The notes: generated by a model from the sequence alone, not told the origin. A DNA stretch of 18,203 nucleotides from a candidate division WOR-3 bacterium (GCA_965649295.1 CBFGKH010000017.1:1-18203); one strand, 5' to 3'; shown: positions 8,327 through 18,024, counted from the first letter of the stretch. Made by a program: numbers and translations.

Positions 8327-9369
8327 TGCTCCAGCGCCTTGAAGTAGGCGTTCCAGAACGGGTCAACAATCGGGTGTTCCAGCTTCTGCTCCCGGCCTGC
8401 CTCGACCAGCACCATTCCCTTGCGCGTGACCTCGCCGATGTCGGCGGCCGGTATCCGCTTCTTGCGCAGAGCATCCAGGACCTTCGCGGCCCGATTGGGT
8501 CGCACCATCGCAATCAACGTCCCTTCGCTGATTGACTTATAGGGATCAATGCTGTAAAGGCCGCAAATCTCGGCAACACCGGGCAGCAGCGGTATCTTCT
8601 CCTTCTCGACCCGCACGCCGAATCCGCCGGCCTGGGCCATCTCATAGAGCCCACCCCAGATTCCGCACTCGGTTGCATCGTGCATCACCGTCACGCCTCG
8701 CTCCCGCACGCCCACGCTCACTGCTGCCATTGCGTCCTCAACCACGCTCATCTGCCAAAAGAGCTTCTGTGCCCGCTTTGCGAATGCCGCACCGAACTCC
8801 TGTTCCAGCCGCTTCGGGAACATCGCCGCAAAGATGCCAGCGGCCTCAACTGCTGGCCCCTTGGTCACGATGATGCGGTCACCGGGCCGCACGAATTGCG
8901 GTGCCACATAGTCCCCAAGTCCCCCTTCGGCAATCACGGTCGCGCCGCCGACCATTGGGAACCCGCAGTTACCATACCGCGCCGTATGCCCGGTCACGAC
9001 CGTGACTCCATAACGCTTGCACTCGCGGTGAATCGTCTTCCAGACAATCTCCAGTTGTTCTTCGGTCGTCTGCATCGGCAGATTGAAGTCAATCGTGAGA
9101 TACTTCGGGGCCAGTCCGCTCGTGACGACGTCCGAAAGCAGAATGTGGATGGCGAACCACGCGGCCCGCTCCCAGCCGTACTCGGGAACGATGAAGACTG
9201 GGTCGGTCGTCAGTGCCAAGGCTCGGTTGCCGACGCGGATGATGCCGCAGTCCACCCCATGCATCGGCCCGACCAGCACATTCCGGCTTGCCGCACCGAG
9301 CCGCGGATAGATTAGCTCTTCAAATACCTTCTGGGATATCTTGCCAATTTCGGGCAGTTTCTCTCGCAT
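8323..9369 (-). CDS. AIR synthase family protein (PurM/HypE/ThiL-like ATP-binding fold)
   Basis: GKI...VLVGP.HGVDCG, TTDP, SDV.TSG..P, VTGHT, PGDRIIVTKG, MHDATECGIWGGLYEMA and SEGTL motifs. 4-nt overlap with thiN. Confidence 0.88.
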   Translation of the reverse strand: MREKLPEIGKISQKVFEELIYPRLGAASRNVLVGPMHGVDCGIIRVGNRALALTTDPVFIVPEYGWERAAWFAIHILLSDVVTSGLAPKYLTIDFNLPMQTTEEQLEIVWKTIHRECKRYGVTVVTGHTARYGNCGFPMVGGATVIAEGGLGDYVAPQFVRPGDRIIVTKGPAVEAAGIFAAMFPKRLEQEFGAAFAKRAQKLFWQMSVVEDAMAAVSVGVRERGVTVMHDATECGIWGGLYEMAQAGGFGVRVEKEKIPLLPGVAEICGLYSIDPYKSISEGTLIAMVRPNRAAKVLDALRKKRIPAADIGEVTRKGMVLVEAGREQKLEHPIVDPFWNAYFKALEQ

Positions 9370-9375
9370 GGCGCG

Positions 9376-9403
9376 ATTGTAGCCAGGTCGCTGAGCCGGT
9401 CAA
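9376..9403 (-). promoter_or_regulatory. Putative sigma70-type promoter, leaderless arrangement
   Basis: Minus strand TTGACC, 16 bp, TACAAT, 6 nt, ATG (9369). No SD sequence. Confidence 0.72.
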
Positions 9404-9408
9404 GAAAG

Positions 9409-9984
9409 CTAGCGACCGAACGGCGTGAAGACGAGGGCAGCCGAGTTGAGGCAGTAGCGCAACCCGGTTGGCCGAGGTCCATCCGGAAAGACGTGGCCAA
9501 GATGGGCGTCGCAGCGTTTGCAGAGAATCTCGACCCGTTCCATCCCGAAGCTGTGGTCCGGTTTCTCAGTGATGTTCTCTTTCGCAAACGGCTGAAAGAA
9601 ACTCGGCCAGCCGGTGCCTGACTCAAACTTCGCTGCTGACGAGAACAAGGGTAAGCTGCAGCAGACACACCGGTAGATGCCCGGCTCCTTGTTCGAAAGC
9701 AGTCCGCCACAGAACGCTGGCTCGGTTCCCTTGCGCCGGGTGACCCGATACTGTTCCGGAGTTAGTAGCCGCTGCCACTCTGAATCCGGCTTCACGACTT
9801 TGTCCACCTGCTGAGGCTCGGTCGGTTTGCCATCTGGCCCGGCCAGCCGGACAACCACCTTTTCTAGAGGTTCACTTTGGCTCATCTCTTTCTCCCGCGA
9901 TTTGGTTCTGGTAGTTCCGCCGCAACCACTACTGACCAGCACTACTGCTGTGGCCAGCAGCAGGATAGTAACCAGTCCGCGCAC
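9409..9984 (-). CDS. msrB: Peptide-methionine (R)-S-oxide reductase MsrB with predicted N-terminal lipoprotein signal
   Basis: EW...[50 protein letters not shown], and two CxxC zinc motifs. N-terminus [21 protein letters not shown]. Confidence 0.95.
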   Translation of the reverse strand: MRGLVTILLLATAVVLVSSGCGGTTRTKSREKEMSQSEPLEKVVVRLAGPDGKPTEPQQVDKVVKPDSEWQRLLTPEQYRVTRRKGTEPAFCGGLLSNKEPGIYRCVCCSLPLFSSAAKFESGTGWPSFFQPFAKENITEKPDHSFGMERVEILCKRCDAHLGHVFPDGPRPTGLRYCLNSAALVFTPFGR

Positions 9985-11190
9985 TCAGTTGCTCCAGCCA
10001 GCGGGCAGGCGCGCCTCGTAGGCGTCAGTGTAGTCATCGGGTGACAGCCGGCCCCAGTTTGAGCCGAACACGACCCTTGTGCCGGCCCGGTTGATGCTCG
10101 CGAACGCCTCGGCAAAGTAGTTCGAGCGCGGCGAACTGCCGGTGTAGCAGCGGGTCCTGCAGAGCTTGTAGATACGTGGGCTCGCCTCTAGCTCCAGCAT
10201 GAAGAGTAAGTTGTCCATCCACGAATGGGTCTTGCCTGGCGGCGGGTTGAGCGCGCCATAGGTAGAGACTAAGACCCACCCCGGCACCAGGTCACAGTTG
10301 CCCGAGATGTGCATGCCGATGTCCGGATTCACATCGAACGGAATCGAAAGCAACTGGGTCGCAGCGCCGGTCACCAGGTCGGCCATCTCGATATAGTCGG
10401 TCGCAACGTTCTGATAGACAATCACGTCGGTCGAATCAGCGGTTATGGCAACATCAGCATGTCCCATCGCGCCTGCCGGCATATCCACTTCGCCGGAGAA
10501 ATCGAGGTTGAACGACTGAAACGGCCTTGAGTCATAGGCAATCACTACCCGATTGCCCGACACGCTCATCGTCACGTGGTTCACCGCGTCCGGGAAGCTC
10601 GTCTTGAGCCCGAGCACCGAATCTCTATCCAGGTTATACGTGCAGACCCCAAGCAGATTGAACAGGCTGTCGCAGAGCATCAACGCCCAGTAGCGCCGGT
10701 CTCGTGACGCGTCGCCCTCGACCCCGGTCGTGATGTAGCGACAGCGGTTCACCAGTCCGGCAAAGTCGTGAATGAGCGCAGAATTCGAGTTATCGAGGTC
10801 ATAGGTGCGCAACTGAGTGCCGACCAAGTAGTAGAAAAGACTCGGGTCCGACTCGTGCCAGCGCGGCTCCATCTCTTGCTCGGTGCCAACCTCGCCGAGG
10901 CTGCGCACCAGCGCAAACCCGTCCTCGCGGTACAGGTAGTAGGTGCCGTCGTTACCGCGCAGCACGCAGTACGTGCCGTCGCAGTTCCAGGCATCGGCGC
11001 GGGCGTATTCGTTCTGGATGCCGTTACCGGAGTAGCCGTCACTTCTGTCGGTCATCCGGCATAACTGGGCTCCGTGGAGCGAATCGGCAAAGAAGACTCC
11101 CTTGGCCGGCAGTTCGGCCAGCGGTTTCTCACAGCCGGCAGCGAGCACCGCTGCCAGCGCGACCAGTATCAGCCAATTCCCTTTTGCCAT
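9985..11190 (-). CDS. Uncharacterised lipoprotein, probable beta-propeller
   Basis: Likely ATG at 11190 giving MAKGNWLILVALAAVLAAGC (lipobox). Beta-rich repeats 'AWNCDGTY', 'SVSGNRVVI', 'ASINRAGTRVVFGSNW'. Its stop abuts the msrB start. Confidence 0.78.
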   Translation of the reverse strand: MAKGNWLILVALAAVLAAGCEKPLAELPAKGVFFADSLHGAQLCRMTDRSDGYSGNGIQNEYARADAWNCDGTYCVLRGNDGTYYLYREDGFALVRSLGEVGTEQEMEPRWHESDPSLFYYLVGTQLRTYDLDNSNSALIHDFAGLVNRCRYITTGVEGDASRDRRYWALMLCDSLFNLLGVCTYNLDRDSVLGLKTSFPDAVNHVTMSVSGNRVVIAYDSRPFQSFNLDFSGEVDMPAGAMGHADVAITADSTDVIVYQNVATDYIEMADLVTGAATQLLSIPFDVNPDIGMHISGNCDLVPGWVLVSTYGALNPPPGKTHSWMDNLLFMLELEASPRIYKLCRTRCYTGSSPRSNYFAEAFASINRAGTRVVFGSNWGRLSPDDYTDAYEARLPAGWSN

Positions 11191-11195
11191 AGCTA

Positions 11196-11223
11196 ACTGT
11201 AACCCCGCGGCGCAATCCGTCAA
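11196..11223 (-). promoter_or_regulatory. Putative sigma70-type promoter, leaderless arrangement
   Basis: Minus strand TTGACG, 16 bp, TACAGT, 5 nt, ATG (11190). No SD sequence. Confidence 0.68.
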
Positions 11224-11321
11224 CCACCAGTGGCTACTCTGTCTTTGTCACTTGCCTGCGGCACAACTGTTGCACAAGGTATGCGCAAAGTCGCCTCAGT
11301 GATTAGCCATGCTGCCTCTTC

Positions 11322-11349
11322 TTGCCTCCTTTTCCGCTCGCTGTACCAT
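11322..11349 (+). promoter_or_regulatory. Putative sigma70-type promoter of the CDF gene, leaderless arrangement
   Basis: TTGCCT, 16 bp, TACCAT, 6 nt, TTG (11356). Pyrimidine-rich upstream sequence with no SD. Confidence 0.55.
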
Positions 11350-11355
11350 TCTCCG

Positions 11356-12258
11356 TTGACGCACGACCATAACCACACTGCCGAGGCCCGCCAGGGCTCG
11401 AGCCTGATTGTCTCCATCGTTCTGAATCTCGGCTTTGCCGTGGTCGAGCTTGTCGCTGGGCTTGCCGCCAATTCGCTCGCGCTCGTCGCCGACGCGGTGC
11501 ACGACTCAAGCGACGCGGTCGCGCTCGGCCTCTCCTACTTCGGGTTGCGGCTTTCGGCCCGCGCTCCTGACCGGCGGCGGACGTTCGGGTACAAGAAAGT
11601 CCGCATCCTGACTGCGTTCATCAATGCGCTTGTCCTCGCCCTCTTGACCGCGTTCATCGTCCGCGCCGCTGTACTCCGCATCTTTCGTCCGGAACCGGTA
11701 CAGAGCCCGGTGCTCATCTTCGTGGCGATTGCCGGACTCGCCATCAACGGTGCCGCAGTTCTGCTCCTGCGCCGTGACCAGCACAGCCTGAACATCCGCG
11801 CCGCAATGTGGCATCTAATGGAGGATTTTCTAGGTTGGGTGGTCGTGCTCGTTGGCGGCATCGTCATCCACTTCACCGGCTGGTTCTGGATTGACCCGGT
11901 ACTGTCGCTGCTTGTCAGTGCGTTTGTCATCTGGGGTGCCTGGTCGGTCTTCCGCGAGTCAACTCGCATCCTGATTGATTCGACACCCCAGGACCTGAGC
12001 TTCGATGAGATTCATGATTTCATCGTCGGATTCGACCCCCAGATTGCCGAGACCCACGACCTCCATATCTGGACTATCGGCGAAGGCGAGCGGGCCCTGA
12101 TGGCCCACCTTGTTGTCGCTGATGGCCCGGTCAGCTCATTTCATCCCCTGCTCGCCCGGCTTGAAACCGCGCTGCATGAACGCTACGGGATTGGCCACGT
12201 GACGTTCGAGCTCGAGTGTGGTGAGTGCAAGTCGGGCGACAACGTCTGCCAGCAGTAA
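11356..12258 (+). CDS. czcD: Cation diffusion facilitator (CzcD/ZitB-like Zn/Co/Cd efflux transporter)
   Basis: NSLALVADAVHDSSD, RRTFGYKK, SLNIRAAMWHLMED, IDPVLS, HDLHIW and GIGHVTFELE motifs with six hydrophobic segments. Likely TTG start giving the His-rich MTHDHNH. Confidence 0.9.
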   Translation: MTHDHNHTAEARQGSSLIVSIVLNLGFAVVELVAGLAANSLALVADAVHDSSDAVALGLSYFGLRLSARAPDRRRTFGYKKVRILTAFINALVLALLTAFIVRAAVLRIFRPEPVQSPVLIFVAIAGLAINGAAVLLLRRDQHSLNIRAAMWHLMEDFLGWVVVLVGGIVIHFTGWFWIDPVLSLLVSAFVIWGAWSVFRESTRILIDSTPQDLSFDEIHDFIVGFDPQIAETHDLHIWTIGEGERALMAHLVVADGPVSSFHPLLARLETALHERYGIGHVTFELECGECKSGDNVCQQ

Positions 12259-12294
12259 GGACAACCACGACCTACGGCCGGACGCGGCAATATT

Positions 12295-15200
12295 CTAAAG
12301 CCGGATTCGCCGCAGCCGGAGCGAGTTGGTGACGACGTTGATGGATGAGAGCGCCATCGCCGCCTCAGCGATGACCGGATGGAGCAGGCCGAGCATCGCG
12401 AGCGGAATGGCTACGACGTTGTAGAAGAAGGCCCAGAACAGATTCTGCCGAATCTTGGCAAAGGTCGCCCGCGACAACCGCACCGCAGCAACGACACCAT
12501 CAAGGCTGCCGCGCACCAGTGTTACGTCGCTCGACTCGATAGCGATGTCCGTGCCCGTGCCAATGGCGATGCCAACATTTGCCGCCTTGAGTGCGGGCGC
12601 GTCGTTGATACCGTCGCCGACCATTGCCACCAGGCCAAACTCGCGCTGCAGCTCAGCGATTACCTGTTGCTTTTGGGCTGGCAGCACCTCGGCCACGATG
12701 CGGCCGATGCCCAGTTCAGCACCGATTCTGGTTGCGGTCTCGCGGTTGTCGCCGGTGAGCATTATCGGGACGATGCCGAGCGACTTTAGTGCTTCGATAG
12801 CCGTGCGCGAGTCTGGCTTGACCGTGTCAGCAGCACCGATGACTCCGGCAACCTTGTCTGCCACTCCAACGAAGAGCACAGTCCGGGCACGCGACTGCAG
12901 TTGGGCAGCGGTCGGTGCCAGCGCCTGCGTGTCGATTCCGGCCGCAGCGAGCAACTCAGCCTTACCGACAAGCGCTGGCTTGCCGTCAACCAGCCCCTTC
13001 ACGCCCTTGCCGGGTATCGCCTGAACGGCGCTTGCGGCCGCTGCCGCAACTCCCTGTCTCTGGGCCGCGGTCAGCACCGCAGTGGCAATCGGATGCTCCG
13101 AACCTTGCTCCAGGGCAGCGGCAAGCCGTAGCACAGCGACTGAATCGAAGCCTGCAGCCGGCACAACATCAGTGACCTCGGGCCGACCATGAGTAATCGT
13201 ACCGGTCTTATCAAAGACAATTGCCCTGACATCTTTCAGGGTCTGGATTGCCTCGACGGAACGGAACAGAATCCCTTTCTCGGCACCGACCCCTGACCCG
13301 ACCAGCAGCGCGGTCGGCGTGGCCAGACCGAGCGCACACGGACAGGCGATTACCAGTACGGCAACGCCGGCAGCAAACGCGAGCGAAGCGGCTGTGAGAC
13401 TGGGATCAACCCAGGGCAAGAACCCGCTGGCCCAGACCAAGACCGGCCGCAAGGCCGAGCCGAACAAAGCCCAGCCCGCTGCGGTAATCAGCGCCAGGAC
13501 GATTACCACCGGCACAAATCTAGCAGTTACTCTGTCGGCCAACACCTGGATCGGAATCTTCTTGCCCTGTGCCTGCTCGACAAGTTCGATTACTTGAGCA
13601 AGAAATGTGTCCCTACCGACATGCGTTACCTCAACCTTGACTAGCCCGTTACCGTTAATGGTCCCGCCGATGACTCTGTCTCCTGGCCCGCGTTCTACCG
13701 GCAGCGACTCGCCGGTTGCCAGCGATTCATCAATGGTTGTGCTGCCCTCGATAATGCGACCGTCAGTCGGTATCTTCTCGCCTGGTCGCACAACCATTAT
13801 GTCGCCGGGCTCCAGTTGCCCGACCGGTATCTCCTTTTCGCCTGTGTCGGCTACGATTCGGGCCGTGCGCGCGCCCAGCGCTACGAGCTTGCGAATCGCC
13901 TGTGAGGCGCGACCTTTGGCTGTTGTCTCGATGTACCGGCCGGTCAGAAAGATGGCCATTATCATTCCACCGACTTCGGCAAAGCTCTGGATAGGCAGCC
14001 CGGCCAGCACAGCGATACCAGATACGAGTGTTGCAATCGTGCCGAGCACAATCAGCACTTCCATTGATGCCGAACCCGCTCGCAACGAGCCCCACGCGCC
14101 CCGGATTGCTACCCAACCCGGAATGAAGAGCACAGCGGCTCCGAACAGAACCGCCAGCAGCTCGGCGAACGGCACATGCCAGCCCAGCATGTGCAGCATC
14201 ATCAGTACCATCGGCGGCAGGGCCAGTGCCCAGGCGAGAATCAGTCGGGTCCGCGCCTTCTGTTGCTCTGCCGTTGCTCCTTCAGCTTCCGATTCCTCGA
14301 CCTGCCTGATGTCGTATCCAACAGCAGCGACCGCCTTTGCCATATCGGCGATACTCGAAACCTTGGGGTCATACTCGACCAGCGCCTTTTCGAGGGCGAA
14401 GTTCACAGTGGCTTGCTTCACGCCTGGCAGCCGGTTCAGCGCCTTCTCAACCGTGGCAACACAGCTTGCGCACGACATTCCGCCTACTGACAATGTCACG
14501 TTTTCAGTCCTACCCAGTTCCCCTTTCGGTAGCAGCACCGGCTCCGGCAGTTCTTGGTCTGGCTGCTCAGTTCTGACCACAGCGGTCTGGGCACCCACTT
14601 CTGACTTCGCCCGGATGAACCGCTCCGGCTCGGCTTGGAATCGCTTGAGACAGTTCGGGTTACAGAAGTAGTAAGTCGTGCCCTTGTACTCCCACTTGCC
14701 CGCCTCATCTCCTTCCCGCACGCTCATCTTGCAGACCGGGTCAATGTGCACCGCAGGCTCTGCCTGCTGCTCCGGCTCAGTCGGCTGCGTTCTCGCTTCG
14801 GCACTCTCGAAGCTGACTTCGTCCGCCGGATGTAGGTATCCCTCCGGATTCCGCTGGAACTTCTCAAGGCACACTGCGCTGCAGAAGTAGTAGGTCTCGC
14901 CCTGGTATCGCCAGCGGCCGACCTCGGTTCCTTCCATCACGCCCATCTTGCAGACTGGGTCAACGTGCGACCGCGACGGCGGCAATGGCGCTTCCTTCGG
15001 TTCCGGTCGAACTGTTACGGTTACAGCCGGCCGAGCTACGGGTTTAGGTTTGGGGTGCAACACCGCCTCTGGATCCATTTCGAACCGCTGACGGCAGTTC
15101 GTGCTGCAGAAGTAGTAGGTCGTTCCCTTATACTCGACCTTTCCGGCTTCGCGGCCCTCGATGACCTTCATGCGACAGACCGGGTCAAGATGGACCATTG

Positions 15201-15453
15201 CCTGCCAGTCTTTTGCTTCCTCGACCCTGTCGAGAGGCTCTGACGGCTGCTCCTTGGTTTCTGTTGGTTGTTTACTGCCCTTGTGGGCTGTCGCCAGATA
15301 CTCCTCAGGGTCCTGCATGAACTTCCGTGCGCAGGCCTTGCTGCAGAAGTAGTAGATTCGGCCGTCATACTCACGCCTTGCGCCCTCCTCGCCAGTTAGC
15401 AGTTGTTTGTGGCAAACTGGGTCATTGTGGACGGCCGGCTTCTTGTCCTTCAT
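12295..15453 (-). CDS. copA: Cu(I)-translocating P1B-1 ATPase with four YHS domains and one HMA domain
   Basis: [36 protein letters not shown] and MALSS motifs. HMA motif GMSCASC. Four DPVC...YYFC..C...F units. Confidence 0.95.
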   Translation of the reverse strand: MKDKKPAVHNDPVCHKQLLTGEEGARREYDGRIYYFCSKACARKFMQDPEEYLATAHKGSKQPTETKEQPSEPLDRVEEAKDWQAMVHLDPVCRMKVIEGREAGKVEYKGTTYYFCSTNCRQRFEMDPEAVLHPKPKPVARPAVTVTVRPEPKEAPLPPSRSHVDPVCKMGVMEGTEVGRWRYQGETYYFCSAVCLEKFQRNPEGYLHPADEVSFESAEARTQPTEPEQQAEPAVHIDPVCKMSVREGDEAGKWEYKGTTYYFCNPNCLKRFQAEPERFIRAKSEVGAQTAVVRTEQPDQELPEPVLLPKGELGRTENVTLSVGGMSCASCVATVEKALNRLPGVKQATVNFALEKALVEYDPKVSSIADMAKAVAAVGYDIRQVEESEAEGATAEQQKARTRLILAWALALPPMVLMMLHMLGWHVPFAELLAVLFGAAVLFIPGWVAIRGAWGSLRAGSASMEVLIVLGTIATLVSGIAVLAGLPIQSFAEVGGMIMAIFLTGRYIETTAKGRASQAIRKLVALGARTARIVADTGEKEIPVGQLEPGDIMVVRPGEKIPTDGRIIEGSTTIDESLATGESLPVERGPGDRVIGGTINGNGLVKVEVTHVGRDTFLAQVIELVEQAQGKKIPIQVLADRVTARFVPVVIVLALITAAGWALFGSALRPVLVWASGFLPWVDPSLTAASLAFAAGVAVLVIACPCALGLATPTALLVGSGVGAEKGILFRSVEAIQTLKDVRAIVFDKTGTITHGRPEVTDVVPAAGFDSVAVLRLAAALEQGSEHPIATAVLTAAQRQGVAAAAASAVQAIPGKGVKGLVDGKPALVGKAELLAAAGIDTQALAPTAAQLQSRARTVLFVGVADKVAGVIGAADTVKPDSRTAIEALKSLGIVPIMLTGDNRETATRIGAELGIGRIVAEVLPAQKQQVIAELQREFGLVAMVGDGINDAPALKAANVGIAIGTGTDIAIESSDVTLVRGSLDGVVAAVRLSRATFAKIRQNLFWAFFYNVVAIPLAMLGLLHPVIAEAAMALSSINVVTNSLRLRRIRL

Positions 15454-15577
15454 CGTCTTAGTAACGGCTAGTTACCACTTCTGCTAGTAGAAAATCTGGA
15501 ACCACTCCCACCGCTACGAAGAAGCTGGGCTTCGTGGTGCGTCCCGGGCGCAGTCGAATCCCAACCTTGTGCTGTTA

Positions 15578-15664
<87 letters not shown>

Positions 15665-15725
15665 GTGTGTGCCGTTCACAGGTTGCACTAATACGGTCAG
15701 AACCCGGGTCAGGCATCACGCTCTT

Positions 15726-15753
15726 AGCCTATAATCTCTCTTGCCGGTGTCAA
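15726..15753 (-). promoter_or_regulatory. Putative promoter of tRNA-Ser
   Basis: Minus strand TTGACA, 16 bp, TAGGCT. Confidence 0.65.
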
Positions 15754-15755
15754 AC

Positions 15756-16403
15756 CTAGTGAATCAGCACGGTCGTGCCCTTACGCACGGCACTGACCAC
15801 CGACCGCAGCGCAGCATCCGGCAACTCGATGTATCCGCCCTCGACTGCCTCAGCCGCGACTGCCTCCCGCACTTTACCATGAATCACAATGTCGCCGCCT
15901 AAGAAGATTTCGCCGGCGCCAAAAGCCCGCGGCACGACTCGGCTGGCTGAGTCCTTAGGCGGTACCTGTCCGTGTTTCTCATAGACCCAGTCCGGTCGGT
16001 ACCAGTCAGTATTGTTTGATACTGCCAGCACTTCGAGCGTGCCGACTGGCAGTCGTGCCAGGCCTGCCTGAACCGGCCCGGCGAGCCGATAACCAGTCTC
16101 AAGCACAATCTTGTTGCCGATTGCCAGTTGTAGTTTCTGCTCACTGCGGTTGATAATCAGATAAGGGTCGCCACCGGCAATCGACGCCAGCCGTCGTTCG
16201 AGAAACTGCTCTTCCAGGGCAAGTTGTCGCCGCACTGCTGCCAGACTGTCCCGTTCCTGCTTCAGAATCTGCCAGCGGCCAGCGCTCGCTTGGAGCCCGG
16301 CCTGGAGCCCGGCCTTGCCAAACGCATCTATCAGCCGGACGAGGCCTAGCCCGACTAGCACGACAGCTGCCACTTGCCATGCCCGTCTCGTATTGGCCGC
16401 CAT
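15756..16403 (-). CDS. Membrane-anchored L,D-transpeptidase-like (YkuD fold) protein lacking the catalytic Cys
   Basis: Collinear with the upstream LDT: TM segment, coiled coil, YLIINRSEQKLQL, LPVG, WYRPDWVY, GGDIVIHG, GTTVLIH. VEGGYIEL replaces VTHGCIRV. Confidence 0.75.
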   Translation of the reverse strand: MAANTRRAWQVAAVVLVGLGLVRLIDAFGKAGLQAGLQASAGRWQILKQERDSLAAVRRQLALEEQFLERRLASIAGGDPYLIINRSEQKLQLAIGNKIVLETGYRLAGPVQAGLARLPVGTLEVLAVSNNTDWYRPDWVYEKHGQVPPKDSASRVVPRAFGAGEIFLGGDIVIHGKVREAVAAEAVEGGYIELPDAALRSVVSAVRKGTTVLIH

Positions 16404-17089
16404 CAGTAAATGAACACCCTCGTGCCGATTGGCACGGAGTCGTAAAGCACTTTGAGTTCCTCTTTGCCCACCCGGATGCAGCCGTGGGTCACGCTGCGAC
16501 CCAGCAGATGCTCCTGTGGTGTGCCATGAATCATCACGCCGCCGCCCAGGTCAAGCAGATAGTCGCCCAGAATCCCGCGCTCACGCCGTAACGGTGAGTT
16601 CCACGCTGGAATCGACTCACCGGCCTCAACAAATGCCCAGTCCGGCTTCAGCCAGACCGGTTTCTCTTTCTTGCGCACTACGGTCATGATGCCGCGTGGT
16701 GTCTCAAACACCCATTTACGTCGTCCACTGCGCAAGGTGTCGCCTCGGCCAGTTGAAACTCTGGCCACGAGCAACGTATCGCGGCCCCGGCGCAGGAGCA
16801 ACCGATTGGTGCCCGGATTGATGGTGATGTAGAGTTCGTCGGTGACTGAACGTTCCAGACTATCGCTGAGCACGGCTACTGACTGGCCGAGTCTCTCAAT
16901 CTCCCGCCGCAACTGCGGCATTTCAAGCTGTAGCCTTAGTACCCTGGCCCGCGCGTCAAGAAAACTCCGGGCGATTGCGAGCCCGTCCGTCTCAATGCTT
17001 TGCCTTACCGGCAAGCGCCACTCCGCCAAAGCCAATGCTCCGGCGCAAAACAGGGCCGCAATCAGCAGTTGTAGTGGGCCGGGTTTCAT
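16403..17089 (-). CDS. L,D-transpeptidase (YkuD/ErfK-SrfK family)
   Basis: VSTG, FETPRG, PVWLKPDW, IHGT...LGRSVTHGCIRV and VPIGTRVFIY motifs, after an N-terminal hydrophobic segment and coiled coil. Confidence 0.93.
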   Translation of the reverse strand: MKPGPLQLLIAALFCAGALALAEWRLPVRQSIETDGLAIARSFLDARARVLRLQLEMPQLRREIERLGQSVAVLSDSLERSVTDELYITINPGTNRLLLRRGRDTLLVARVSTGRGDTLRSGRRKWVFETPRGIMTVVRKKEKPVWLKPDWAFVEAGESIPAWNSPLRRERGILGDYLLDLGGGVMIHGTPQEHLLGRSVTHGCIRVGKEELKVLYDSVPIGTRVFIY

Positions 17090-18024
17090 TGATGCCAGCG
17101 GGACCGACAGCCCCGGACATCAATGTGAATGAAAGGACCGCGCCAGCGGGTCCGGCTGTACCAACCGCAGCCGCCGACCAGCTCTGGATAGCGTTCTTCG
17201 AACTCGTCAACGAAAGTTGCCAAAAGCTTCGAGTCGCGCCGGTTCACAACGCCGTCGTGAGTGATATCGTCCATGTGCCAGTCCTTGTTCTGGTCAACAA
17301 AGACATCGGCCGCTCCACCATAGACGTGGGCGCTGTTCCGGCCGGTACGGTTTCGACGGTTGTAGTAGGGTGAACGGAACCCGCTTAGAATCTCCAGCCG
17401 GTCACAAGGGATTCCTTTCTCCGCCACGAAGTCTGAAAACAGTTCCAGCTTCACCAGCAATTCTTCGCGCAGAGCCATATACTTTGGGTAACCGTCCGGC
17501 TGATGGGGGGCCAGGTCGCCAAGCCGGTACCGCTGTGATATCGGAGTGTTGATATTCTCTGGCGTCACCTCAATGAAACCGCGCGGTATCTTGAAGTTCG
17601 GGAAAGAACTCGAACTTGGATACCGACCCATCAGCACGCCCCGCAGGTAGCCTTTCTTGTTCAGCTCGCTATACGGCACCATTACGAATGCATTGATGTA
17701 CTTTAGAGCCGGACCGTTGCTCACCATAATCGGATACAGCCCTGGCTCGTTTGGCGCGACCCAGCAAGTCACCCCGTTGACCTCGGTCAGCTCGCCGCCT
17801 GACGCCACGAACCCCGAATGCTCGGTTGTTCCTCTGACTGCTAACCAAAGCGTTTCACCTGGCATCACAAACCGGCCGATATTGTCCCACTGATAGTCAT
17901 ACCCGTTCACCGTTATTGTGAACGGCGGTTTGACCATTCGGCGAACAACGTCGCCCGAAAGCGGGGACCCGATTGCCACGCTTCCGAGCGCGACTGTTAG
18001 GAGAACGAGAATACTGCGTTTCAA
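17086..18024 (-). CDS. Secreted peptidase M15 family (YcbK/MepK-like LAS-type Zn metallopeptidase)
   Basis: ILSGFRSPYYN, SAHVYGGAADV (H-x6-D) and FIHIDVRG..SRW motifs. Signal peptide. TTG start with TAAGGA SD (18031-18036). Confidence 0.87.
   Translation of the reverse strand: MKRSILVLLTVALGSVAIGSPLSGDVVRRMVKPPFTITVNGYDYQWDNIGRFVMPGETLWLAVRGTTEHSGFVASGGELTEVNGVTCWVAPNEPGLYPIMVSNGPALKYINAFVMVPYSELNKKGYLRGVLMGRYPSSSSFPNFKIPRGFIEVTPENINTPISQRYRLGDLAPHQPDGYPKYMALREELLVKLELFSDFVAEKGIPCDRLEILSGFRSPYYNRRNRTGRNSAHVYGGAADVFVDQNKDWHMDDITHDGVVNRRDSKLLATFVDEFEERYPELVGGCGWYSRTRWRGPFIHIDVRGCRSRWHQ

Noticed and set aside
11264..11272. Palindrome CAACTGTTG, also present at 67-75, as a shared operator
   Set aside because: It is only 9 nt long and sits at different distances from the promoters, so chance cannot be excluded.
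11230..11355. N-terminal extension of the CDF ORF
   Set aside because: It does not resemble CDF sequence and it contains the predicted promoter. The His-rich start at 11356 is more plausible.
16291..16314. 12-bp tandem duplication TGGAGCCCGGCC x2 (GLQAGLQA)
   Set aside because: It is an in-frame two-copy duplication in a linker, with no sign of phase variation.
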